DNA of 64,000 nucleotides from an uncultured virus (IMG/VR IMGVR_UViG_3300025120_000023) (lineage: Duplodnaviria; Heunggongvirae; Uroviricota; Caudoviricetes), in the IMG/VR virus record IMGVR_UViG_3300025120_000023; one strand, given 5' to 3'. Position 1 is the stretch's first letter; each line of letters opens with the position of its first letter. The notes beneath the pieces were generated by a model. The model was not told where the DNA came from, searched no databases, and saw only the letters and a program-made list of their open reading frames with translations. The translations under genes were made by a program, and so were the position numbers. Shown here in pieces: positions 26,960 to 37,221 of the stretch.

Positions 26960-27718
26960 TTATCTAGGAGGCAATGGTTCGGGTGGAATAATTTTACCAG
27001 ATTGCAAATCAAAAGTTCTTTTTAGGGTTGGTTTATTCCCACTTGTTAGCTTGTTGTTAGTTAATAATGCTTCTGGATTACCGAATTCTGTTTGAGCGGT
27101 AGGCACTGCAAATTGTATATAATTGCTAATAAGAGATGGCAAGTCGGCAACTGTTTGAGATGCTATGCTTACGCGTTCTTTGTTAGTTTTTTCTATAAAC
27201 TCAATGGTTCCAGTCAACTGCCACAACACATCTACATAATCGTAAATATTAGAATCAATTCCAAAATCACTACCAAACTTATCCCTTTGTGCTGAATCAA
27301 TCTCTACTGCAAAATTGCCTGACCCTCGTCGTTGTACAAAAAACCTTGTGTCAAACCCTAACTCATACATTCCATCAGAAGGTCTGACAAGGTATGTATA
27401 TGGTATAGGGTCTACGTGATCTTTAAGAGGTGTTACGAATTTGTGTAATCTATCATAAACAAAATTATCCATGTCGTCATAATATGGTAACAGTTGAATA
27501 CCGTTGTCTATACGTCCTTGTGGTTTAGTAGGACCAGTATATGTTTTTCCATCGTTACGTCTATGATACTCTCCTATATATTCTTCACCCATTCTTGTAG
27601 TAAACTCCCCACCTTTAGTGTACTTATAAGATTGCTCACTCCTTATAATCTGTCCAGGTGTAGGTCTATTAAATCCTTTTGATTTTTTTCTATTACGTTT
27701 ACTTCCTCTCTGTCCCAT
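26960..27718 (-). CDS. Hypothetical late (tail/baseplate region) protein
   Basis: Late motif 4 nt upstream; end of tail module. Confidence 0.65.
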   Translation of the reverse strand: MGQRGSKRNRKKSKGFNRPTPGQIIRSEQSYKYTKGGEFTTRMGEEYIGEYHRRNDGKTYTGPTKPQGRIDNGIQLLPYYDDMDNFVYDRLHKFVTPLKDHVDPIPYTYLVRPSDGMYELGFDTRFFVQRRGSGNFAVEIDSAQRDKFGSDFGIDSNIYDYVDVLWQLTGTIEFIEKTNKERVSIASQTVADLPSLISNYIQFAVPTAQTEFGNPEALLTNNKLTSGNKPTLKRTFDLQSGKIIPPEPLPPR

Positions 27719-27729
27719 GCTTATAAATA

Positions 27730-29739
27730 TTACTGAGCTATACCGGGTTTTGGTGAAGTACCAAATGGGTTAGTTCTACACACTGTTGATACTTTTGTTA
27801 CCCAATCATTTACCGATACTTCATGTTCTACTTTGGTCACTTGCCATCTAAATGCATCACGTACGCCTTTTGGTATTCTGTTAGCTGAAACCATTTGACC
27901 AAATTCAAATCCTCCAATACCATCTACTTCAAAACTAAAATCAAATGGTAGGGGAGTGCCGGCACACTTTTCTATATCAATGTCACCAACTACACCATCT
28001 ACCCAAGTCTGCAACGCTCCTACTGTTTGTGCATTTACTTCATCTGACATATCATCAAACAAGTCAGACTTGCTTGGTTCATCTGCTGCGTTGGAGCTGT
28101 CTTTACAACCTCCACAATCTGTTCCTAATGTACTCGGTTTTGGTTTAGCTTTGTTTACTGAGTCATTTGCTAAAAAAAGAGCATCGGCTGCAATGGGTTC
28201 ACATCCACCGTCGCCAAATTTGCTAGTTCTTGTTTTTTGACTATTACCAGCATAAAGCGCTTGTGTTTTCATAGCACCAGTCATTTTCATGTTTAATGCA
28301 AAACTTCTCAAGGATGAGTCACCTATTGTGCTTGGAAGTAGGAATGGTTGTTGAGATTTCATGGCTTGTCTTTCATCAAGTATTTGGATTACTGGTCCAT
28401 CTTTATCATTGCAAGCTTCTTGTGATGCAATTGTTACAAATGTCCATGGACTTCCAGACACTCTGTTTATTCCTCTCAACACATTATCTACTAAAGTTTT
28501 TAACTTTCCATCTCCTTCATATACAGATTTATATTCTTTCAAAAGGAATATTGTATTGCACATAATTTTAGATAAACGTACTTTACTACCTTCAACACAA
28601 TTTGGTATTCGATCTCCTCCCTCGTGATCAAAATCTAAATCACTTGTTACTGACAAATCTCCTCCTCCAAGAATACACACACGTGGATCAGCTGATAGTA
28701 ACCATAAAGGTTTAGGAAGTAGTATGTCGTTACAATCTATTCGACCAAGCGGATACTTTGAACCTTTACTTGGTATGGACATTGCATTTAGCATATCTAT
28801 AAACATTCCAAAACTCATCCAACTCTCTGTTGTTTCTTCTCCAAAAAATATACCATCCCACCAACTTCCGTCTTTTTCGCCTCCATCTTCCGTTCGCTCA
28901 ACACCCTCAAACTCATATGTAGAAACATAATGGTATTTCGTTGTCTTTGATTTGCTTCCAACTTTTCTCTTAATCCTTCGACCATGCGATTGACCATTCT
29001 CATATATATCAGCAAGAGCTGCATATACTGGACCAAAATCTTTTACTGTTTCTCCTTGATCTGTTTCTACTTCTCGAGGACATTGACAACTTGAATTGCT
29101 AACCTTACTGTCTGTGAATGGATCTGCTGCTGAAATGATCTCGATTTCACAATCCCAAAAGTTGTCTTTATTTAGGCTGTACTTGAAGTTACCTACAATT
29201 CCTTGAAACCCATCGTAGCTAGCGTATTGCTTTCGTCTTTGATTAATAGTGCAGGTGATTAGTTGAGCATCATCGCTTGGACTAATAAGTCGTGGAGGTG
29301 GTGGGTTGCCACCACAATCCTGACTCCATCCCCACTGCACTCTAACATCCATACCTGGAATAAAAAAGCATTTTTGAAGTTCGAGTAAATCATCATCAGT
29401 ATAGCATGCCATGTTAACGGTCGCCTTACGTGTTGTACCTAACGAACCTAAGGCTTTTACTGATAATCCAGTTAGTGTTGGGTGTGGTAGTTTTGTAGAT
29501 TTATTGTATGCTGAGAGTGATGGATTAGATCCAAATAGAGTTAATGCTTTTCCAGCTACATCTGGATCGTTACCTAATTCATTGTACTTCTCACTACATC
29601 CTCCTCCAGCACAACTCAGTACATGGATCCATGGAAAGCGTTTTGCTGTCCACTTCATTAATTTTGTACCGTCAGCCCGGTTTTGAAACTCCGTGTCAAC
29701 AGAGCCTGGTACTTGTCTTGCTCTAAATGGATCTGCCAT
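27730..29739 (-). CDS. Putative baseplate hub protein
   Basis: Synteny after LysM-like gene; C-terminal DGIGG..FGQ...WQVTKVEH...W.T pattern of hub proteins. Confidence 0.55.
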   Translation of the reverse strand: MADPFRARQVPGSVDTEFQNRADGTKLMKWTAKRFPWIHVLSCAGGGCSEKYNELGNDPDVAGKALTLFGSNPSLSAYNKSTKLPHPTLTGLSVKALGSLGTTRKATVNMACYTDDDLLELQKCFFIPGMDVRVQWGWSQDCGGNPPPPRLISPSDDAQLITCTINQRRKQYASYDGFQGIVGNFKYSLNKDNFWDCEIEIISAADPFTDSKVSNSSCQCPREVETDQGETVKDFGPVYAALADIYENGQSHGRRIKRKVGSKSKTTKYHYVSTYEFEGVERTEDGGEKDGSWWDGIFFGEETTESWMSFGMFIDMLNAMSIPSKGSKYPLGRIDCNDILLPKPLWLLSADPRVCILGGGDLSVTSDLDFDHEGGDRIPNCVEGSKVRLSKIMCNTIFLLKEYKSVYEGDGKLKTLVDNVLRGINRVSGSPWTFVTIASQEACNDKDGPVIQILDERQAMKSQQPFLLPSTIGDSSLRSFALNMKMTGAMKTQALYAGNSQKTRTSKFGDGGCEPIAADALFLANDSVNKAKPKPSTLGTDCGGCKDSSNAADEPSKSDLFDDMSDEVNAQTVGALQTWVDGVVGDIDIEKCAGTPLPFDFSFEVDGIGGFEFGQMVSANRIPKGVRDAFRWQVTKVEHEVSVNDWVTKVSTVCRTNPFGTSPKPGIAQ

Positions 29740-29742
29740 AAC

Positions 29743-30057
29743 TTATACTTCTTGTTTGTTTAAATCTTCATAATCTCTCAAAATTGGATCTAACTGACTT
29801 GGGATTCGTAGTTGTAATCCAATAGGTAGTTGTTGTGTTTTTTTAGACACTTTCTCATTAGCTTCTCCTATAATCCAGTAATAGTTTACATCGCCGTAGT
29901 ATTTTTCAGCTAATGCATACAGAGTATCTCCAACCGTTGTAATGACATACAAATCACTGTCGTGTCGTGCTATGGGTGGATACACAACCGATCTTACAAT
30001 TCTTGTATTGTATGAATCTTTTCTTTGCGGTATGTCTTGATATCTCTTATATGCCAT
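29743..30057 (-). CDS. LysM-like baseplate protein (P2 gpX/T4 gp53-like)
   Basis: GDTLYALAEKYYGD...YWIIGEAN...GLQLRIP. Confidence 0.8.
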   Translation of the reverse strand: MAYKRYQDIPQRKDSYNTRIVRSVVYPPIARHDSDLYVITTVGDTLYALAEKYYGDVNYYWIIGEANEKVSKKTQQLPIGLQLRIPSQLDPILRDYEDLNKQEV

Positions 30058-30061
30058 CTGT

Positions 30062-32179
30062 CTAATATGCTTTACCGAAGTAGTTTCCTTTCGCTCCGTT
30101 TAATAACTTGTCATTACTATCTGCCAACACTGCAGCATCAAAACTAACCTTTAACATGTGAGGCATTTGCTCATCAACATCAAACGTAGATTCAGCTGGA
30201 TCAAAATCCCACTTCATAGAAGAAAATGCACAATAAGCATCTATAAGATTTCCAATTTTTAATTTACATAAAGGTCCAGTAATATATCTGGAGCCACCAC
30301 TAAATCCACCTACTACAGTCATTCCTGCAAGAAGGTTTAGTTTTTTCATATTTATATCAATATCACCTTTACTAAACGAAGGTAGTAATACTGCAAATGA
30401 GACAGCCCTTGTAACTCCAGTAAATTGTTTTAATGTATCTTGTCTTCCAACATACTTAACATCATTCCAATTAGCAGTAATTCCATCCGAGAATGATGTT
30501 AGATAAGATTTTAATTTTAGAAACTTACCATCGTGTGTAAATTTAATGTCTACGAAATCTTTAAAGTTTCCTCTCTGAGCGCCTGGACTAACTCCTCCTA
30601 CTGCTTTAAGGTTTGATTTATAAGTTTGTTTTTGGCCAAACTCAATATCACCTTCTATTTTTTTCTGAAAAGCTTCTCCTGCTAAACTTCCATAAAAAAG
30701 TGAATCATAATATCCTAAACTCCCTACATATCCAGTATTGTTGAGAGATGGCAAGTCGCCAGGATTAGTATTTCTTAATATACCATTACCGGTTGGATTA
30801 CCATTGTTGTATTGATCTCCACCAACATCTCCAGTCTCTGAGGAAGATTCTAGATTTTTATCACCCGGTGTTGAGGTTGGGGGTACTACAATGGTCGATG
30901 TTTGTGATTGTTTATCACCCGTATAATACTCTACAAACTCTATAGGTGATGTACCGTGAAACTGAATTGGATCATTGACTGCCTTAGTACGATTTTCTAA
31001 AAATTGTTGTACGGCTAGTTCTGCAGTTCCGTGCTTTATTAGTGGGTTTTGTATAGCTTGTAAAGCGTCGGCATCAAATCGTGTTATTTCAATAGTTGCT
31101 GATCCATGTTTAATTTTTGGTGTTGCAAATGCAAGTAGTCTATCTGTTTGGTATGATAAAATATTAAGCGTAGGTACTGGTACGTTTTCTAAGGTTATTG
31201 TTTTAAACTCATCTCTCTGTAATACACTACCCTGAATCAAACCGTTTTCTTCAAACATTCCTTGTAGTATAGCTATGTTAAGGTCATTTGAAGGTTGATT
31301 CTCTTCTGCCGTGATTCCTTGTTCGTTGACTGGACTCCATATAGGTAGCTCAATTGAACCTTGATTTACAACTACAATAGGTGTTGTTGTTTGTGTAAAG
31401 GAGAGGTATTGATTGTTTGTTAAGAAAGTTCCTTGCAACTGTAACATGCTAGTATCCTCAATTCGATCTACTAGATTAGTTAGAGATTCAAATGAACCAT
31501 TATTAAAAATTGTTCCTTGACTAAGAAGTGTACTTCCTTCGCCAATCATTGTTGTTAGTGATGTATTAGGATCTTGTATTGCTAAAATAGCACCGGTACC
31601 AATTGGCTCTTGAGTTGTTGTTGTGTTTTGAGTAGCACCAATTGCTGCTGTTAATAATGGTGAAATTTGTAAGTATCCAGTATATAAATCTGATAAAAAA
31701 TATTGAGCTAGATGTGTTGTTTTTGCTCCATTAGGTTGTGCTAATCTATCTGCAAGACTGATGTTTGAAGCAAATTGTGTTCTTGATCTTGGCACATCAA
31801 AAGACTCTAATGACCTATATTTTATTGGTAACGGTATTGGTAGGTTTGCTTGCGGTGAGTCTAACAGTGTTTTTAATATTAGACTTTCTTTTTGTGGTAG
31901 CGGTGGTAATTTTTTTAATGAAGCTCCTTCCTTAGATGTATTTAGTTGTGACTTAGGTAAAACTATTTCATCACTATTCTTGTTTTGAGACGTTGGAATA
32001 GTATTAATTTCTGGAGATCCTTGTGGTTTGTTTTCTTTTGGAATAGTATTGACTTCAGGAGATCCTTGTGGATCTTTTTGTTTTGCAGTACTTTTAAAAT
32101 CCTTATCATAGATAGACCCCTTCAACTTATCTACTAAGCTGATTGTTTTAAAAGGCTGAATTGTTTTTCTTTCTTCCAT
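30062..32179 (-). CDS. Putative tail-tube initiator/baseplate protein with long low-complexity N-terminus
   Basis: C-terminal SFSD...ANW..VKYVGR...TR.VSF...P...LKIGNL; follows tape measure. Confidence 0.55.
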   Translation of the reverse strand: MEERKTIQPFKTISLVDKLKGSIYDKDFKSTAKQKDPQGSPEVNTIPKENKPQGSPEINTIPTSQNKNSDEIVLPKSQLNTSKEGASLKKLPPLPQKESLILKTLLDSPQANLPIPLPIKYRSLESFDVPRSRTQFASNISLADRLAQPNGAKTTHLAQYFLSDLYTGYLQISPLLTAAIGATQNTTTTQEPIGTGAILAIQDPNTSLTTMIGEGSTLLSQGTIFNNGSFESLTNLVDRIEDTSMLQLQGTFLTNNQYLSFTQTTTPIVVVNQGSIELPIWSPVNEQGITAEENQPSNDLNIAILQGMFEENGLIQGSVLQRDEFKTITLENVPVPTLNILSYQTDRLLAFATPKIKHGSATIEITRFDADALQAIQNPLIKHGTAELAVQQFLENRTKAVNDPIQFHGTSPIEFVEYYTGDKQSQTSTIVVPPTSTPGDKNLESSSETGDVGGDQYNNGNPTGNGILRNTNPGDLPSLNNTGYVGSLGYYDSLFYGSLAGEAFQKKIEGDIEFGQKQTYKSNLKAVGGVSPGAQRGNFKDFVDIKFTHDGKFLKLKSYLTSFSDGITANWNDVKYVGRQDTLKQFTGVTRAVSFAVLLPSFSKGDIDINMKKLNLLAGMTVVGGFSGGSRYITGPLCKLKIGNLIDAYCAFSSMKWDFDPAESTFDVDEQMPHMLKVSFDAAVLADSNDKLLNGAKGNYFGKAY

Positions 32180-32180
32180 A

Positions 32181-35090
32181 CTACGCTATTCCTGATGTCG
32201 ATACTGCTAACCCTATAACATCTCCCACCTTTTGACCATCCATATTTATTACACCTGGAGTTTGGAATGCTGCTTTTAAGCTTCTTATCTCTTCAATTAA
32301 TGTATCCATCTTACTGTCTTCAGCTGAAGAATCCACACTCGATCCTCCACCCAAGTCAAAGTTGATTGAGTTTCCTAATGCTATCAATATTGGAGCAACT
32401 AATGACAATGCTATGAGACCCATAATCGTTGGTAATGTAAATACTCCTGCTACTGCAAATGCTGCCAGTCCAGCAGCCATTCCGAATAAGGCTGTACCCA
32501 TCATTAACATGGCTGGAAGTAAAGCTACAATAGATGTAATAGACGTTGCTACTCCTACGAATGCTTGATCGATGGTTGGCATTATTCCAGCTATCAACTC
32601 TAATCCTACAGCTGCTAACATTACTCCTACTCCTAAAGCCATCATTCCTAAGCCCAATGCAACTAAGGCAGGTGCTCCAAATATTGCTGCTATTGCTAAT
32701 ATACCTAATGAAGCTGCAAACGCCAACATTCCAATTGCTGCTAATCCAAACGCTGGACCTAGTAGCATCAATCCTAATATAGCTTCTGGGGTTATGGCTG
32801 ATAGCATAGTTACAAATCCATCAGCTATTGCTTGTATAATTGGTGGGACTGCTCCTAATACTCCTATGATAATGTTTCCAAACGCCTCTACTAATGGTGT
32901 TAATAGTGATAGTGCAAATGTGAGTGGAATCAAAGCTACACCAAAAAGTGCGAGGACTGCTATTCCTTGTATCGCTCCTGCAGCTGATGCTCCCACTGCA
33001 GCTAATCCTTTTCCTAAACCACTTAAACCAATTCGTATTGCTGGTCCTGTCAATGCTATAAACGACAAGAATGGAATTGCTGCAATTGCTAATATGAAAG
33101 CAGGTCCTGCTAATGCAACTGCACCAATACCTTTAAATACTTTACTATTACCCATAGCTTTTAAACCTGCAGCTAATGATTTTAATCCTCCTCCACTTTT
33201 ACTAGAACCCTCTGCTGCTTTAGGTCCCAGATCTTTTGTTTTATCTAATCCTGGCACATCTGACTTAGGTTCACCACCTTTAAGGGCACCTTTCAAACCT
33301 CCAGTTAATGCTTTTTTGGCACTAGCAAGCATCTCTTTTCGCTTGCTCTTATCAAACAAAAACTCTTTTGCTTTTTGTGCCATTCGTAGTAGGTGACCTT
33401 TGAGGTCCATTGCCATCTTACTTTTTCCAGTCATAAGATCCCACGCTGCCTTTGCTTTTGCTACAACAAAATCTTTAGCGGCTATTGCGCCTGATTTTAT
33501 TTGAAGTAAGATTTTTTTAGCTATTGCTTTAACTTGTTTCAAGCTTTCGATACCAAACATTTTCATGCTATCCTTAACACCTTCCATTGTACCTGATAAT
33601 GTGCTAAATCCTTCTACTAGAGAAAATGCAGTTATACCAGTCTCTTTTAGCTTGTCAAATAAGCCTCCTGCACCTGCTGCTAACTCATCCATAGTAACAT
33701 CACCGGCTGCTAATGCTGCTTGTTGATCTTCTGTCAAGTCATTTAACTTGTCTTGGTTTTTAACCATCTTTTGCATCTCACCAACCGACACGCCATAAGA
33801 ATCTGCTAACGCTTGTCTTTGAATAGCATTCATCTTATTGAATTCTACTTCTCCTCCTACTTGATCCAACATTGCTTTCGTTGCTCCGGCTAAGTCACCC
33901 TCCAAAGCTAACTGTCTTGCTTTATCGAGATTAATTTCTCTACCCAACAACACACTTGCTTCCATTTGTTTTTCAATGGAGTTTTCAAAGTCAAGTAGAT
34001 TTTCAGTCATCTGGACTAATGGCCCCATCTCCATTCCAATTTTCTTAGCAGCAACAGCCATACTAGCCATATTCTTACCACCATCCTTACCATATTTAGC
34101 AATTGCTTCTTGGTTTTTGGACATGTCTTTTAACACCTCTCCTGGAGCTACGTGTGCAGCTTTTGCCATGTTAGCTGCAAATCGTGCTGTCTCATTAGCA
34201 GTCTCCATTGTAGCACCTGGCATCATACTTAGCTGAGCTGTTAGCTTTCCAGCCTCTTCGTTGCTAATACCAAATGATCTTGCTAACGATGCTGCTTCAA
34301 GTCTTGCATCTCGAGTGTGTCCTTCAAGAGTACCCATCTCTGCACGCATACCAGCCATCACTTCCATTGAGTCTTTGGCACTTGTTCCAGTTAATGAGAA
34401 CGAATCACTAATTGCTAATCCAGTTTCATGGAATGCTTGTGATACAGCCATTCCTTCATGACGAGCATGATCGAATAGAGCTGTCATATTCTTCATGCCT
34501 TTTTGGACTTGGTTTAAGAATATACCAGCTGCTACTCTTCCGTCTGTAAATATGTCTTTGAATACTCCTTGGTATCCAGTAATCTCTTTAAGCTTATCTC
34601 TTAATGCTTCTGCATGCTTTTCGTTTTCTGCCGCTAACTCTTCAGCTGCTTCTTGTTTAGCAGCTTGAGCTTCCATCTCTCTCGTCTGATCTATCATCGT
34701 CATATATTGACCTTTGATAGTATCAAGCTGTTCTTTAGTGGCTCCTAGGGCTTTGGCTTGAGCTACGACTCTCATCTGTTCTTGTCGCAGAGTCATTACC
34801 ATAATCGACTGTTGTGAGTTCATTGCCATCGACTGAGTCTTCATCTCTGCAGTTTGGGCTTTTTTTTCTCGTAAGATATCCTTTCCTAAATCGGCGGTAT
34901 TTGTAAGTATCTCTTCTAAGGTCGAAGACTCCTTAGCTGTATTTTTAAACTCGTTAGTCATAGATTTGGCAAAGTCAGCTCCCTTAGCGAAAACTTTCTC
35001 CATTTTTTCACTAACACTAGCAAGCGCTTGTGCAGCCTTTTGCAAATTTGCAGCTGCGTCTTTACCTATTTCTTTGTCTTCTTTAGCCAC
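32181..35090 (-). CDS. Tape measure protein
   Basis: 969 aa Ala/Met/Gln-rich helical protein with long hydrophobic region, between tube chaperone and baseplate genes. Confidence 0.85.
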   Translation of the reverse strand: MAKEDKEIGKDAAANLQKAAQALASVSEKMEKVFAKGADFAKSMTNEFKNTAKESSTLEEILTNTADLGKDILREKKAQTAEMKTQSMAMNSQQSIMVMTLRQEQMRVVAQAKALGATKEQLDTIKGQYMTMIDQTREMEAQAAKQEAAEELAAENEKHAEALRDKLKEITGYQGVFKDIFTDGRVAAGIFLNQVQKGMKNMTALFDHARHEGMAVSQAFHETGLAISDSFSLTGTSAKDSMEVMAGMRAEMGTLEGHTRDARLEAASLARSFGISNEEAGKLTAQLSMMPGATMETANETARFAANMAKAAHVAPGEVLKDMSKNQEAIAKYGKDGGKNMASMAVAAKKIGMEMGPLVQMTENLLDFENSIEKQMEASVLLGREINLDKARQLALEGDLAGATKAMLDQVGGEVEFNKMNAIQRQALADSYGVSVGEMQKMVKNQDKLNDLTEDQQAALAAGDVTMDELAAGAGGLFDKLKETGITAFSLVEGFSTLSGTMEGVKDSMKMFGIESLKQVKAIAKKILLQIKSGAIAAKDFVVAKAKAAWDLMTGKSKMAMDLKGHLLRMAQKAKEFLFDKSKRKEMLASAKKALTGGLKGALKGGEPKSDVPGLDKTKDLGPKAAEGSSKSGGGLKSLAAGLKAMGNSKVFKGIGAVALAGPAFILAIAAIPFLSFIALTGPAIRIGLSGLGKGLAAVGASAAGAIQGIAVLALFGVALIPLTFALSLLTPLVEAFGNIIIGVLGAVPPIIQAIADGFVTMLSAITPEAILGLMLLGPAFGLAAIGMLAFAASLGILAIAAIFGAPALVALGLGMMALGVGVMLAAVGLELIAGIMPTIDQAFVGVATSITSIVALLPAMLMMGTALFGMAAGLAAFAVAGVFTLPTIMGLIALSLVAPILIALGNSINFDLGGGSSVDSSAEDSKMDTLIEEIRSLKAAFQTPGVINMDGQKVGDVIGLAVSTSGIA

Positions 35091-35096
35091 AGACTA

Positions 35097-35441
35097 TTAT
35101 CTTCTTAAACCGTGTTTCTTGAGTATGTTGTTGAGCCTTGAACTGCTTACTTGATTTCGCAATACTTTAGCAAAACCTTTTGGATCTTTTGCTAACCACC
35201 CTTTAGCTGTACGTTGCCAGTTTGCATCTGACATCTTAAACTTCTTAGCAAGACCTTTGAAGTCTTTGTGTTTGAGTAAGAAATCGTATTGGTAGTCGGC
35301 TTTTCTATTAGTAGCCCATTTCATACCACCTGCAATCTTATCAATCACCCATCCAGTTAATCCACCTTCATCTAAGTGTTGTGGAGCTTGTTTTATGTAT
35401 TCTCGAATTTTTTCGCGTAGTTCTTTCTCTCTTGGATCCAT
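35097..35441 (-). CDS. Hypothetical late protein
   Basis: LRE.IRE...LDE leader; own late motif. Confidence 0.65.
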   Translation of the reverse strand: MDPREKELREKIREYIKQAPQHLDEGGLTGWVIDKIAGGMKWATNRKADYQYDFLLKHKDFKGLAKKFKMSDANWQRTAKGWLAKDPKGFAKVLRNQVSSSRLNNILKKHGLRR

Positions 35442-35474
35442 GTGTTTGCTTTCTTATAAATAGTTTGGAATAAT

Positions 35475-35502
35475 AAAAAAAGCCACCCTAACTAGGATGG
35501 CT
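35475..35502 (-). terminator. Rho-independent terminator
   Basis: Imperfect AAGCCATCCT/GGGTGGCTT stem plus U-tract. Confidence 0.7.
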
Positions 35503-35507
35503 TCCCA

Positions 35508-35732
35508 CTATCTTCGTGATTGGCTTTTGATTTTATCAACCTCAGCTTGCTCTGCCTTATTTTCTTTTTCCTTAATCTCAGCCAACTTACGGTAGTAGTA
35601 GCTTCGTATATGTACCGGCAATTGGTAGAGTTCTGTCCATGACCAGCCCATTTTTCCGTAGTACATAAGTTCGAAAAGCTGGTCGTATAGGCGGGCCTTA
35701 TAGCTAGACCCCAGGCCAAAAAAACCCGACAT
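35508..35732 (-). CDS. Tail assembly chaperone C-terminal extension (T4 gp51-like), probably reached by frameshift
   Basis: WSWTELYQLP..IR.YY motif; overlaps upstream gene at GGG TTT TTT TGG. Confidence 0.65.
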   Translation of the reverse strand: MSGFFGLGSSYKARLYDQLFELMYYGKMGWSWTELYQLPVHIRSYYYRKLAEIKEKENKAEQAEVDKIKSQSRR

Positions 35733-36588
35733 CAATCGGTAACTGCATGTTAGCCGATTCGTGACCACAATGCGGACACTCAAAGTATATTGTAGTGTCT
35801 ATGTCTGGAGTCACTACCTTTAGATGTTTTCTTAATGCTAATGAATCCCTCGACAACATATTATCTACAGACTGATTAATATAAGCTCTTTCTTCATTAC
35901 CATCAATAGCAACGATTACTTGCTTGAGTCTTGTTGTTAAATCTCTATCAATTCCCGATACTTTAGATCGTTTTTTGTTTGCCTTTGCTGCTGCTTCAAT
36001 AGCTTTTTCATCGCCATGTGTAAGCATCTTTAAAGTCAATTCGCTTTTTGAAGCTGGCAAGCTAAATTTGTGAGTTACTTCTCCTTCTGCAAAGATGTTC
36101 CAATCAATTTCTTTTTCTTGAAATTGCTGAAGATCTATAACATGTGTAGACTTTTCACCACAATCCGGACAAGTGATTTCAACTTCATAATCTTCTCCAT
36201 AGGCTAATATTCTAGCTGCAATAAAGATTGCGTTTTTGTCAACCGTAAGCAGGTCGTTGTAGTTGATCTTTGTTACAATAAGAGATTGTAACAACTTATC
36301 TATTACTACTCCTTGCTTAATTAAGTTTTGTGATGCTAGGATATCCTCCTCTTTAGCAGTCATGTATTTCATCTCAATCTGTCCTGATTTTAATGGATGA
36401 CCTTCTGGGTAGAATAAACCTCTACTTGGCAATGCAATTGTTTCTGTGGGTACGTTTACTGTTTCACCTTTTGTGAATTCAGACGGAGCGCCAGTATTAA
36501 CATGGTTACTCATAACCATCTCTTTTAACTCTTTATCGCTTAATTCAGGTTGATTCTTTGGATAATCGTCGTTTACAACTTTACTCAT
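35704..36588 (-). CDS. Tail/baseplate assembly chaperone (T4 gp26-like)
   Basis: LPSRG..Y, MTAKEEDIL, RILAYG, two CxxC, ends FFWP; directly after tail tube. Confidence 0.8.
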   Translation of the reverse strand: MSKVVNDDYPKNQPELSDKELKEMVMSNHVNTGAPSEFTKGETVNVPTETIALPSRGLFYPEGHPLKSGQIEMKYMTAKEEDILASQNLIKQGVVIDKLLQSLIVTKINYNDLLTVDKNAIFIAARILAYGEDYEVEITCPDCGEKSTHVIDLQQFQEKEIDWNIFAEGEVTHKFSLPASKSELTLKMLTHGDEKAIEAAAKANKKRSKVSGIDRDLTTRLKQVIVAIDGNEERAYINQSVDNMLSRDSLALRKHLKVVTPDIDTTIYFECPHCGHESANMQLPIDVGFFWPGV

Positions 36589-36638
36589 TTTATTTTAATT
36601 TAGTAACTAATGTCTTTACATATAAATAGGCACAAAAT

Positions 36639-36665
36639 AAAAAAAGCCAACTTTTTATAGTTGGC
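36639..36665 (-). terminator. Rho-independent terminator after tail tube
   Basis: GCCAACT/AGTTGGC stem plus U-tract. Confidence 0.85.
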
Positions 36666-36696
36666 CTCTTTTATGGTGTTGGGTAAGGGTATTATT

Positions 36697-37185
36697 TTAA
36701 AATTCTAATACTGCGTAGTCAATTCCTAGTGTAAGTGCAATCTCAACTGGAGTTTCAGTAGACCAATCCATGTCTCCAAATTGAGCTGTCTTAATATAAG
36801 CACCCCAAATTTTCCAATTCTCAATCTTATCACCTACTGGACCTAATACGAATATATCAAAGTTCTTTTTGTAAAAGTCAGCGTATCCATCTCTACCAGT
36901 TACTGATTCGTGTGATGTACGAACCCACTCCATCACTGCTTGTGCTCCTGAAGGAACAATTGAATCATACATAGTGATTGTGATGTCACCCCACTTACAT
37001 TTACCTTTCATCTTTCTGATGATGTTAATGTGATCTAGTACAACCTCCCCACATTCTAATTGAGGACGAGAGACTTTTTTACATAAGAAGGATGGAATAC
37101 CATCGATTTCTAAGATAAATCTATTCTGTACCTTGGGCTCATAATTGGTATAGAATATTTTGTCGTTTTCTATTAAGTTTGCCAT
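36697..37185 (-). CDS. Tail tube protein (T4 gp19-like)
   Basis: NRF, W..IT..MYD, V.EW, YKK, GA.I....FG.MDW; follows sheath. Confidence 0.9.
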   Translation of the reverse strand: MANLIENDKIFYTNYEPKVQNRFILEIDGIPSFLCKKVSRPQLECGEVVLDHINIIRKMKGKCKWGDITITMYDSIVPSGAQAVMEWVRTSHESVTGRDGYADFYKKNFDIFVLGPVGDKIENWKIWGAYIKTAQFGDMDWSTETPVEIALTLGIDYAVLEF

Positions 37186-37221
37186 AGTTGTTCTTTATTA
37201 TAAATAGTCTGTGTACTAATT

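Noticed and set aside
31993..32071. Short coding duplications (PQGSPExNTIP x2; also 51917-51956, 60068-60103)
   Set aside because: In-frame low-complexity linker repeats with no sign of a separate function
35492..35719. -1 frame ORF as the chaperone frameshift product
   Set aside because: Less protein-like and runs into the terminator stem; the +1 frame ORF has the chaperone-like W..LY.LP motif
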